Shown: piece after piece, positions 19,383-27,707 of the stretch | Numbering within the stretch: the first letter of the stretch is position 1 | How the letters are laid out: each line of letters opens with the position of its first letter | Source: an uncultured Candidatus Actinomarina sp. | GTDB taxonomy: Bacteria > Actinomycetota > Acidimicrobiia > Actinomarinales > Actinomarinaceae | Assembly (NCBI GenBank): GCA_902599555.1 | Contig: CACKFQ010000001.1 | Coordinates: forward strand, 2,763 to 66,762 | Reading direction: 5' to 3' | Length of the DNA stretch: 64,000 nucleotides | The notes under the pieces: model-generated | What the model saw: only the letters and a program-made list of their open reading frames with translations | Told to the model about the DNA's origin: nothing | Database searches by the model: none | Made by a program: the position numbers and the translations under genes

Positions 19383-19718
19383 TGGTGGAGGTGCGGGGAG
19401 TCGAACCCCGGTCCTTCCAAGCTACCTAACAGCTTCTCCGAGTGCATCCGATAAAATACGATCAGACTAGTTATCGGAACCTATGGCCTGAAAGGTTTAC
19501 CTTAATCTTAGTAGTTAGTCGGTATCCTAACTGAGCATCCCACATTTCGACGCCATTGCTATCCGAGGTGGGAGCCCCGATAGGTGACGAGCAGCTTATG
19601 CTGCTAAAGCCAACTTAGGTTTGGCAGTTATATTGTTTTCCTACGTTTTTAACGAGGCCCTAGGACCCTCGACTCGCTACTGAGAGACTCACTTCAAAGT
19701 CGAAGCCAGTTCACCCCC
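19383..19718 (-). ncRNA. ssrA: tmRNA; tag ORF 19596..19625 encodes (A)AKPKLALAA*
   Basis: 5' GGGGGTGAACTGGCTTCGAC, 3' GACCGGGGTTCGACTCCCCGCACCTCCACCA, resume context ATAACT-GCC; TATAAT upstream at 19746-19741. Confidence 0.95.
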
Positions 19719-19770
19719 ATACAGTTTTATTAGCTCTAAAATTATACTTGAGAATTGGAATAATTTAAAT

Positions 19771-20415
19771 ATGAAAATTAATAACAATAGCTTTGAATTA
19801 AATGAGAAATTATCAGTAATTATAGACTCTTCTGATAATGATGGATTGATATTCATCCCAAACAATATTGAATTAAATATTGAAATTGAAAATTATTTTG
19901 GAAAAATTACGATAAATAACATTGGAATCTCCCCTGTTGAAAGTGAATTTCAAATAAGCAAAAACAGTATTGAATCACATATACCAAATCTTGATATCAA
20001 ATTACTAGATAGGTATATATTTAAAGTTTTGTCTGATAAAGCAGGTCTTGCTTACTCTCCATATACCTACTTTCCAAATTACGACTTTACGGTTTTTGAA
20101 AAAGGAAGAAGGCCATCAAGCTTGGACTGGGCAATGTTTGCATCGTTATATGTATTTAGTTGCAATGTGCTCCCACAGTCTATCAAAGTTGAACTTTCGC
20201 TTGCTAAGTATTTAAGAATATCTGAGGAAAACTTGAAAAGATTTATGAAGAAAATTCCTGAAGATTTATTTAGGAAATCCGGACACATTGAATCTAGAGG
20301 TGGGGATATATCATTTAATGCCGAAAATCTCATCAAAGAATTTCTTGGTAACGATCAAGAATCTTTTGAGAACAATCCTTTTTTAAAATTTTACTCTGAG
20401 TCTGATTTTTCCTGA
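19771..20415 (+). CDS. Hypothetical protein, possible C-terminal helix-turn-helix
   Basis: 214-aa ORF filling the gap; no family recognised; LAKYLRISEENLKRFM is HTH-like. Confidence 0.6.
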   Translation: MKINNNSFELNEKLSVIIDSSDNDGLIFIPNNIELNIEIENYFGKITINNIGISPVESEFQISKNSIESHIPNLDIKLLDRYIFKVLSDKAGLAYSPYTYFPNYDFTVFEKGRRPSSLDWAMFASLYVFSCNVLPQSIKVELSLAKYLRISEENLKRFMKKIPEDLFRKSGHIESRGGDISFNAENLIKEFLGNDQESFENNPFLKFYSESDFS

Positions 20416-20834
20416 GCTCTGCTAACCATTGATATAACTTTATTAACTTTAATTTCCCATATTTCTCGATATGTAAATCCTGCTTCATCCCAGGTGACTT
20501 CTTCTGTTCTGCCATAAGGCTTACCCATATATCTATTTGATAAATAATCTATATGTTCATTAGCTGTTGGATCTTGAACTATTGTTTCCACAACACCTCT
20601 TATTTCCCAGCATGTATACATGTCAGTTGGATGAAATATAACAACTGAGATATTTGGTTCCTGTCTAATATTTTTTGTTTTTTTTCTTCCCTGTTCTGTA
20701 TTAATAAGAATTTTATCTTCTTTATAGTCAACCCACATCAAATGGTTTTGGATTTCTTTTTCATTTACTTTGGTTGCAAGTGCACAAAAAGCATTGTTAT
20801 CAATCGCTTGTTTAAGTTCAATTGGAAGTTGCAT
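20391..20834 (-). CDS. PPOX-class (pyridoxamine 5'-phosphate oxidase-like), putatively F420-dependent protein
   Basis: ALAT...G/E.IQ..LMWVD....ILINT..GRKKTKNI...P.ISV, EIRG.V, IDYLSNRYMG..Y. Confidence 0.85.
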   Translation of the reverse strand: MQLPIELKQAIDNNAFCALATKVNEKEIQNHLMWVDYKEDKILINTEQGRKKTKNIRQEPNISVVIFHPTDMYTCWEIRGVVETIVQDPTANEHIDYLSNRYMGKPYGRTEEVTWDEAGFTYREIWEIKVNKVISMVSRAQEKSDSE

Positions 20835-20864
20835 ACACACTCATTTTAAGTAAAAATTATTAAT

Positions 20865-21437
20865 ATGGCATTTATTAAATTGTTCAAATTTGAGGATTCG
20901 ACTGGACTTCTTAAAAAAGAGTATGAAAAAGGCATGAGAAGAGCTGGGAGAATTTGGAACGTTTTGACGATTCAGTCCCAAACACCTGAAATTCTAAGAG
21001 ACTCAATGCGTCTTTATAACTCGACTATGTGGGGAAATTCAAAATTATCAAGATTTGATAGAGAACTTCTTGCAGTTGTAACATCAATTACAAATGAGTG
21101 CGAATACTGAATTCGAGCTCATCTATATGATCTCCGGTCGGAGACAAATGATCAAGAACTAGTTGACCAGATTGCAGAAGACTGGAGAAGTAGCAGACTA
21201 AGCCCTGAACAAATTACATTATGTAAGTTTGCTGAAAAACTTACTAAAAAACCTGGAAGTATTAATCAAAAAGACTTTACAAATTTAAAAAAGGATGGTT
21301 TTGATGACAAAATTATTTCAGAAGCTGTCCAAATTATTTCCTATTTTAATTACATAAATAGAGTCGCAGACGGTTTAGGACTTTCTCCTGAAGAATTTAT
21401 TGATGAAAATGGTTATAAAATAAATCTTGAAGAATAA
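20865..21437 (+). CDS. AhpD/CMD-family peroxidase-related protein, 190 aa, with in-frame TGA at 21108..21110 (CxxU, candidate selenocysteine)
   Basis: LSRFDRELLAVVTSITNEC-E-Y-[TGA]-IRAH, then an open frame to TAA 21437 (..FAEKLTK.PG....D...L...GF.D..I.EAVQIISYFNYINRVADGLG); the downstream half has no ATG/GTG/TTG of its own. Confidence 0.85.
21119..21151 (+). promoter_or_regulatory. Candidate bacterial SECIS hairpin
   Basis: TCAT..TCTCC-GGTC-GGAGA..ATGA; the apical loop starts with G, 25 nt after the UGA. Confidence 0.65.
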
Positions 21438-21461
21438 CTGAGTTTCCCTAATATTTAATAC

Positions 21462-22421
21462 ATGAAAATAAATCCTATATTCTCTTTGTTTACTTCGCTA
21501 ACTATTGCTTTTATTGTAGGATTTTCATTATCATCAAGTTTCAAACTTCCGTATGAACTAAGTCAATCATCAAACCTCGTATTAAATTATGATATAAAAA
21601 TTAATGAAGAAGATCCTGATCATAATTTCACTACTGAAAATCAAAAAAATGAAAACCTTGATGACATAGACAAGCTTTCTAATGAGACTAATGCAGATGA
21701 ATATACAAATATTACTTCCAATGATGTAGAGAAAAATGAAAACAGTATCTTACCCGAAAGCGACGGAGCAGAAGTAAAAATTACATCTTTTTCAATATAT
21801 CAAATGGATGAAGAAATTGTGAACAACAAAACTGTACCAAATATAGATATGTCAAAAGGCTGCTTGGTAGATGATATTTTAAATGATGAAAGAGTTTGGT
21901 ACTCACCCGATAGGTTAGAAAACTACACAAAAAGATTTTTCAACATTTCAATTCAAGTTGAGTTTGGTCTGAACTTAAATCCAAATTGTCTTGGAGAAAT
22001 GGTAATGGGAATATTAAATGACCCAAGGGGTTGGTCCACAGTTGAAAATCAATCATTTCAAATTGTTGATAAAGAAGATGCAGATTTAAATATTGTCTTT
22101 GCTAAACCTGAAACAGTTGATGAGCTGTGTTATCCACTACAAACAAATGGTATTTATTCATGCAGAAATGAAAAAAATGTTGTAATAAATATGTTCAGAT
22201 GGGTGTCGGGAGCAAAAGACTTTGATAAAGATCTAAGTACGTATCGTATTTATTTAATAAACCACGAAGTTGGACATTATCTCGGATGGGGACATAGTGA
22301 TTGCCCTTCTGAAAATGCGTTAGCTCCAGTAATGATGCAACAATCCAAAACAACTGATGGATGCATTCCAAATGGATGGCCAATCTATGAAAGAGTTAAA
22401 TTACTTTATAGTTCGCCTTAA
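21462..22421 (+). CDS. DUF3152-like exported zinc-dependent metalloprotease
   Basis: N-terminal hydrophobic segment; ILNDPRGW, YSCRN, INMFRW..G, YLINHEVGH.LG.GH..CP, APVMMQQSK. Confidence 0.85.
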   Translation: MKINPIFSLFTSLTIAFIVGFSLSSSFKLPYELSQSSNLVLNYDIKINEEDPDHNFTTENQKNENLDDIDKLSNETNADEYTNITSNDVEKNENSILPESDGAEVKITSFSIYQMDEEIVNNKTVPNIDMSKGCLVDDILNDERVWYSPDRLENYTKRFFNISIQVEFGLNLNPNCLGEMVMGILNDPRGWSTVENQSFQIVDKEDADLNIVFAKPETVDELCYPLQTNGIYSCRNEKNVVINMFRWVSGAKDFDKDLSTYRIYLINHEVGHYLGWGHSDCPSENALAPVMMQQSKTTDGCIPNGWPIYERVKLLYSSP

Positions 22422-22438
22422 ATTTTTATATTCGAGTT

Positions 22439-22921
22439 TTAAGAAACTCTTTCTTCAGTGTTAAAAACTGACAGTGTTCCTTCAGAATTTATCATTTTGG
22501 TATTAGGAACAACACCTCTACTTTTTATCCAACATATTGAACTTAAGACAAGCATAACTCCAATGAATCCAAAGCTAATTGAATGACTTAATACAGTATT
22601 TTCAATTCCTCCGAAAAAATTACTAATAGCTAAAGCGCCAATAAAAAAACTATAAAATTTTAATAATATTTTTTGAGCATAGACTTCATTTATATACCTT
22701 GCCCAAAGCGCTAGAAGAGTAATTGATAATGAAGTTATCCATAAAACTCTACTTGAATTGAACCAAGAAGCAGTTGTTTGAACTGAATACTCAATTTTTA
22801 ATAATGTTGAAACTGTGTTTGGGGCAAAAGCTAATGCTATAGTTACCAAGCCTGAAAGCATAGCTATTACGACATTTATTGATTTAAAATCAATTGAATC
22901 TAGATATGTATTTTTTTCCAT
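22439..22921 (-). CDS. Hypothetical membrane protein (~4 TM)
   Basis: 160 aa with several hydrophobic stretches. Confidence 0.65.
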   Translation of the reverse strand: MEKNTYLDSIDFKSINVVIAMLSGLVTIALAFAPNTVSTLLKIEYSVQTTASWFNSSRVLWITSLSITLLALWARYINEVYAQKILLKFYSFFIGALAISNFFGGIENTVLSHSISFGFIGVMLVLSSICWIKSRGVVPNTKMINSEGTLSVFNTEERVS

Positions 22922-23051
22922 GTCACATTATGTAATAAATACATAAGTTAAACAAGAGTTTTTTTAAAAAATTGGTGCCAGCCAAAAACAACAAATTGTT
23001 ACGTTTATTATGATATTTATTTTTTTTTATTACAACTATTTTTATAAAAAG

Positions 23052-23975
23052 TTATATTTCAACTGAACTATCCCCAGCTAGTATTTTTTTTATATTTTCT
23101 ACACTATCTAAACCCGCTTTGAGTTGTGCTTCATTTGTAGACGCTCCTATGTGTGGAGTGGTAATTAAATTAATATCTGCGAAATTATCTACATTTTTAG
23201 GTGGTTCTTCAGAGTAAACATCGAGACCTGCACCAAACAATTGTTTTGATTTTAGCATTTCAATTAGATAATCTTCGTCTACCACTCCACCTCTTGAGGT
23301 ATTAATTAATATTGCACTCTTTTTAAGTAAATCAAGCTTTTCTTTTGAGATTAGATTCTCTGTTTCATCAGTTTTAATAACATGTATGGAAATTACATCT
23401 GAACTACTTAATAATTCATCTAGTTCTAAATTCTTTTCAAGTCCTTCCCAGTCTTTAATATAAGGATCGTAAAAGGCAACTGACATTCCAAAACTTTTCA
23501 TTCTATCAGATACTAGACGTCCTGCTTTTCCAAACCCGATAATTCCGAGTTGCTTTCCAGACAACTCAATTCCAATAAACTCTTTTCTATCCCAATTTCC
23601 ATCTTTTAAATGACTATCAGAAAGATTAATTTTTCTTGCAGCATTGATAATGAGTGCAACAGTGAGTTCAACTACAGAAGTTAAATTGGCTGATGGTGAG
23701 TTTGTTACTTTTATGTTTTTAGACTTTGCGTACTCTACATCAATATTGTCAACTCCTACCCCGCACCTTGCAATTATTTTTATCTTATTTCCTTTTTCAA
23801 TTATTTCTTTTGTTAATTGAGTAGAGCTTCTAATAACTACAATTTCTGCATCATTAATTTCTGAAACTAAATCCTGATTTTTTGAATCAGATGAAGAGAT
23901 GTCAATACAATGACCAATAGATTGTAATTCTTCTAAAACTTTACTATTTAATGTGTCGCAAATAAGTATTTTCAT
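23052..23975 (-). CDS. D-2-hydroxyacid dehydrogenase, SerA-like (no ACT domain)
   Basis: VVIRS.T, ARCGVGVDNID, GIIGFGKAG, INTSRGGVVDE, AGLDVY.EEP, TPHIGAST.EAQ. Confidence 0.88.
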   Translation of the reverse strand: MKILICDTLNSKVLEELQSIGHCIDISSSDSKNQDLVSEINDAEIVVIRSSTQLTKEIIEKGNKIKIIARCGVGVDNIDVEYAKSKNIKVTNSPSANLTSVVELTVALIINAARKINLSDSHLKDGNWDRKEFIGIELSGKQLGIIGFGKAGRLVSDRMKSFGMSVAFYDPYIKDWEGLEKNLELDELLSSSDVISIHVIKTDETENLISKEKLDLLKKSAILINTSRGGVVDEDYLIEMLKSKQLFGAGLDVYSEEPPKNVDNFADINLITTPHIGASTNEAQLKAGLDSVENIKKILAGDSSVEI

Positions 23976-24757
23976 TATCTGATTTCTAATTTCCTTAAAG
24001 CCAATTCATGAATTTCCTTCGAAGCAGAAGCCAAAACATATGCATTACTTTGATTAAAATCTAGCTTTTTACCCTCCCAATCTGTCATGATACCACCAGC
24101 TCCTTCTACTATTTTAATTAGTGGTAAATAATCGTGGGGAGCAGTTAATCTCTCAGCAACAATGTCTATATACCCACTAGCAAGCAAGCCATAGTTATAA
24201 CAATCACTTCCTGTTGTTGTAACCTTTACCGATTGCTCAAGTGATTGATATGCTCTCCACTTTTTCATTCCAAATTCATGACTAGAAGTTGTTGCCATGA
24301 CAGCATCTTTTAAATCGTCAACAGCTTTGCATTTCGTAATTTTCTGATTCACCTTAGTTTCATTTGAACTAAACGAAGTCCACCTTTCTCCAAGAGCTGG
24401 ACAATCTATTACGCCTCCAATCAATTCATCATTAATTACTAAGGCTATAAGAGTTCCGAAGTCATGCTTCCCAGCTACAAAGCTTCTCGTACCATCAATA
24501 GGATCTATGTACCACGTGACATTTTCTGACCCTTCCAAATTACCTAACTCTTCACCAATAATTTTATGACTTGGATACTTTTCAGAAATTTTACCTCTAA
24601 TAAACAGTTCTATTTCCTCATCGGCTTTTGTTACAGGACTTAAATCTCCTTTAAGCGTTAAGTCTCTAATTTTTCGAAAATTTTTTAATGCAATTGCACC
24701 TGATAAATCCAATATTCTATTAATAAATTTTTCAAATTCAACATTCTTATCAATCAC
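23975..24757 (-). CDS. hisN: Inositol monophosphatase family protein, HisN-like (histidinol-phosphatase)
   Basis: SPVT.AD..IE, IIGEE, WYIDPIDGTRSF, DCYNYGLLASG..D, HDY.PL..IVEGAGG. Confidence 0.75.
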   Translation of the reverse strand: MIDKNVEFEKFINRILDLSGAIALKNFRKIRDLTLKGDLSPVTKADEEIELFIRGKISEKYPSHKIIGEELGNLEGSENVTWYIDPIDGTRSFVAGKHDFGTLIALVINDELIGGVIDCPALGERWTSFSSNETKVNQKITKCKAVDDLKDAVMATTSSHEFGMKKWRAYQSLEQSVKVTTTGSDCYNYGLLASGYIDIVAERLTAPHDYLPLIKIVEGAGGIMTDWEGKKLDFNQSNAYVLASASKEIHELALRKLEIR

Positions 24758-24817
24758 TAGAAACCACTTATTTAAATTAAAGGTTATTTTATATCAAATA
24801 AAATACCTTAGGACCGA

Positions 24818-24837
24818 TTAACAAAGATTTAACAAAG
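24818..24837. promoter_or_regulatory. Tandem TTAACAAAG repeat with 11-bp period (OmpR/PhoP-type box candidate)
   Basis: TTAACAAAG-AT-TTAACAAAG, ~60 bp upstream of the hisN-like gene. Confidence 0.35.
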
Positions 24838-24838
24838 G

Positions 24839-25090
24839 CTACTTGATGTAATTTAATTCTTTTAGCTTATTTTCAAGATCAATATCTGATGGTTCAACCA
24901 AAAATGATCCGTCATCAAAAACAATAGTTGGTATCCGTCTTTGATTAATTTGTAAAGATTTGATATATTCGTTTGCTTCTTGATTTGTATCAACATTGAT
25001 TTCATTAAAATTAAGATTTAATTTTTTTAAGAGAGCTTTTGACCTTACACAATCTCCACACCAGTCAGTAGTATAAAAATCTATTTTCAT
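24839..25090 (-). CDS. Glutaredoxin-like protein (mycoredoxin/NrdH-like)
   Basis: YTTDWCGDC.R.K..L, RRIPTIVF.DGS.LVEPS. Confidence 0.88.
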   Translation of the reverse strand: MKIDFYTTDWCGDCVRSKALLKKLNLNFNEINVDTNQEANEYIKSLQINQRRIPTIVFDDGSFLVEPSDIDLENKLKELNYIK

Positions 25091-25091
25091 T

Positions 25092-25352
25092 TTATGAATT
25101 TCCCTGAAGTGGGTCTAGCAATAAAGTCAGTATGTCGCTTAACCCTGCCAAACTTTGAAAAGCCGTCTCAAGTGAGATCACTGTATCAACGGCAACCTCT
25201 AACTTAGGTAGCAGAGATTGGATATCTGTAATAACAGCTAAAGCATTATCAACTTCTGAAGACAAAGTTTGTAACTCTGAATATAAGAAATACCCTGCAC
25301 CCAAAAATAGAGTTAATAAAACTATTTGGAAAAAAAGAATTAATTTAAGCAA
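25092..25352 (-). CDS. Hypothetical membrane-anchored helical protein
   Basis: N-terminal TM helix followed by heptad-like amphipathic helix; tightly packed between trxA and the glutaredoxin-like gene. Confidence 0.6.
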   Translation of the reverse strand: MLKLILFFQIVLLTLFLGAGYFLYSELQTLSSEVDNALAVITDIQSLLPKLEVAVDTVISLETAFQSLAGLSDILTLLLDPLQGNS

Positions 25353-25353
25353 A

Positions 25354-25662
25354 TTAGATTAGTGCTGAAACTTTTTCTTTTATGACTTCTTTTGGTTGTA
25401 CGCCAACGAATCGCTCTTTAACTTCTCCGCCTTTAAGCATTACTACAGTAGGTACGCCCATAACACCATTTGCTCCAGCAATTTCTGGGTGTTGGTCAAC
25501 ATCAAGCTTGACAAACTCTACCCCATCAACTTCACTTGAAAGTTCTTCTAGAATAGGGCTTAAAACTTTACAAGGACCACACCATGTAGCGTGAAAATCT
25601 ATTACAACTGGTGCTTCAGAACTTAATAATTCGCTATATTCTTGTGCATTTATATCTTTCAT
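25354..25662 (-). CDS. trxA: Thioredoxin
   Basis: DFHATWCGPCK, GVPT, AGGAG SD. Confidence 0.96.
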   Translation of the reverse strand: MKDINAQEYSELLSSEAPVVIDFHATWCGPCKVLSPILEELSSEVDGVEFVKLDVDQHPEIAGANGVMGVPTVVMLKGGEVKERFVGVQPKEVIKEKVSALI

Positions 25663-25759
25663 TTAACTCCTTAATTGCTTATTTATTTTATAACCTTTGG
25701 ATTTATACAAGTAACTTTCTGTGATAAATAAATTAGAAATTTTCTTTATAATTGAATAC

Positions 25760-27289
25760 ATGAACAATGTAATTGTTTCACCACATTACTTATCAACAGA
25801 ACTTGGTTCAACAATTTTTAACAAGGGTGGTAATGCTGTAGATGCAGCAATATTGACAAATCTTATCCAAGGAATAGTTGCACCAGAGACTTGTGGTATT
25901 GGAGGAGACTTATTCGCACTTATTTGGGTTCCAGGTAAAAGTAAACCAGAATTTCTAGATGCATCTGGTTATTCAGGTAGCAATGTTGACCAAAGCTTAC
26001 TGTCAAATTATGAAAAAATCCCTTTAAACCATCCTCTGTCAGTAACTGTTCCAGGTGCTATTGCGGGATGGGGGGAGTTAAGTAATAGGTATGGAACTAT
26101 TTCTATTGAAGATATTCTAGATATTGGAATAAACCTCTGTCATGAGGGATTTACTGTAAGTAAAGAGTTATTTAATTCATTAAAAATTCACGGCGAAGAA
26201 TTAAGTGGACAAAACTCTGGGTATTCATTCTACAGAGATAGTCAACCCTATAGTGTTGATACATTAATTAGACGCCCTCAACTAGGAAAGACTCTAGAGT
26301 TATTAAAAGACCATGGGATTGAATATTTTTATAATGGTGAAATTGCCAAGGAGATATCTAATTCTGTAAATGGTTTTCTAACTGAAAAAGACTTATCAAA
26401 CTATAAAGCTACTTGGAGAGAACCACTGCATCAAAAGATTTATGGATACGATGGTTGGACTACTCCTCCGAGTACACAGGGATACCTAACATTAAGCACT
26501 TTAAAAGGTTTTGAAATGATCAATAATAAAGATGACTATCTTCATACATTAATTGAGTCTTATCGAATTTGTGCATCAGATAGGGACAATATTACGTTTG
26601 ACTATCAAGGAAATGATGAGAACTTTTTAGGAACTAATGATGAATATATCAGAGATAAAATGAGTCTTTTTGATAAGCAAGCTGCTGGAAACTATAATTT
26701 TCCAAATCCTCATGGTGGAGGGACTGCTTATATGAATGCAGTTGATGAGAATGGACTAGGTATTTCATTAATTCAATCAAATTTTTATGGTATTGGAAGC
26801 AGAATTGGAGTTGGAAATTATGGGTTTTTTCTTCACAACAGAGGGTGTGGATTTAATCTAATCAAAGGTCATCCAAATAGCTTAAGTCCTAACAAAAAGC
26901 CTTTACATACTTTATCCCCAACAATCTGGTCTAAAGATGGTTCACTAGATTTCATAACTGGAACTAGAGGGGGTCGCTATCAACCTCAGTTGCTTGCTCA
27001 AACCATTCTTCCCTATATTCTGGGAGAAAATAGTTTTGAAGAGATAATGAAAAAACCAAGATGGACAATAGAGTATTTTGGGTCTGACACTTCTTCAAAC
27101 ATTAAATTTGAATTCATAGAGGAATCTGAAATATCAATGTTAGAAAACAAGGGGCATAAAATTTCAATTGAGAACAAACTTATAGGTGGATACGGTCCAG
27201 TTTCAACAATTTATAAGAACTTTGACGGAAATTTTGTTGGTGTGGCAGATATTAGGGTTGGTACAGAAAAAGCATTTAATAATTTTTAA
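25760..27289 (+). CDS. ggt: Gamma-glutamyltransferase family protein
   Basis: GGNAVDAA, GIGGDLF, TVPGA..GW, nucleophile GGGT|AY, SLIQS....GS, LHNRG.GF, KKPLHTLSP; start moved to ATG 25760 (TATAAT 7 nt upstream). Confidence 0.9.
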   Translation: MNNVIVSPHYLSTELGSTIFNKGGNAVDAAILTNLIQGIVAPETCGIGGDLFALIWVPGKSKPEFLDASGYSGSNVDQSLLSNYEKIPLNHPLSVTVPGAIAGWGELSNRYGTISIEDILDIGINLCHEGFTVSKELFNSLKIHGEELSGQNSGYSFYRDSQPYSVDTLIRRPQLGKTLELLKDHGIEYFYNGEIAKEISNSVNGFLTEKDLSNYKATWREPLHQKIYGYDGWTTPPSTQGYLTLSTLKGFEMINNKDDYLHTLIESYRICASDRDNITFDYQGNDENFLGTNDEYIRDKMSLFDKQAAGNYNFPNPHGGGTAYMNAVDENGLGISLIQSNFYGIGSRIGVGNYGFFLHNRGCGFNLIKGHPNSLSPNKKPLHTLSPTIWSKDGSLDFITGTRGGRYQPQLLAQTILPYILGENSFEEIMKKPRWTIEYFGSDTSSNIKFEFIEESEISMLENKGHKISIENKLIGGYGPVSTIYKNFDGNFVGVADIRVGTEKAFNNF

Positions 27290-27707
27290 TTTCTTTTGCA
27301 TGTTCTTTATTTAAAATTTTCTTTCTTTTGTCATAATCTTTTTTACCTTTAGCCAAAGCTAATTCTATTTTTATAAATCCATTTTTTTCAAATACTTTAG
27401 TTGCAATTAATGTATAACCCTTTTGAGACAAAAGTCCAATAAGTTTTTTGATCTCCCCTTTATGTAAAAGAAGTTTTCTTTGTGACTTTGGATCGTAATC
27501 TGTATTATCAGAATATTTGTACGGCTCAATATTCATTTCCATGATGTACGCCTCTTCTTTATCAATACTTGCAAAAGCATCGACTATTGAAACACCACCA
27601 CTGCGTACACTTTTTGTTTCAGATCCTGAAAGAACAACTCCTGCTTCATAGAAATCTAAAAACTCATAAGAGTTTCTTGCTTTTCGATTTTCAGCAAATA
27701 CTTTCAT
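27276..27707 (-). CDS. smpB: SsrA-binding protein
   Basis: AENRKAR..Y, EAG.VL.GSE.KS.R, RKLLLHK.EI, K.ELALAKGKK.YDKR; ATG 27707 overlaps the upstream TAA. Confidence 0.95.
   Translation of the reverse strand: MKVFAENRKARNSYEFLDFYEAGVVLSGSETKSVRSGGVSIVDAFASIDKEEAYIMEMNIEPYKYSDNTDYDPKSQRKLLLHKGEIKKLIGLLSQKGYTLIATKVFEKNGFIKIELALAKGKKDYDKRKKILNKEHAKEIKNY

Noticed and set aside
19383-19420. tmRNA 3' end as an integration site for a genomic island
   Set aside because: lhgO starts immediately after the CCA, and I saw no duplicated 3' fragment or integrase in the window.
21108-21110. Genome-wide UGA reassignment (code 4/25) as the explanation for the AhpD TGA
   Set aside because: TGA is a normal stop elsewhere (glmU/prs and rsmA/ispE ATGA overlaps; the prfB CTT-TGA autoregulation), and RF2 is present.
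22922-23051. Largest intergenic gap (130 bp) as an sRNA or second CRP site
   Set aside because: It is low-complexity A/T sequence with only a half-site (TCACA) and no convincing stem-loop; I cannot support a call.
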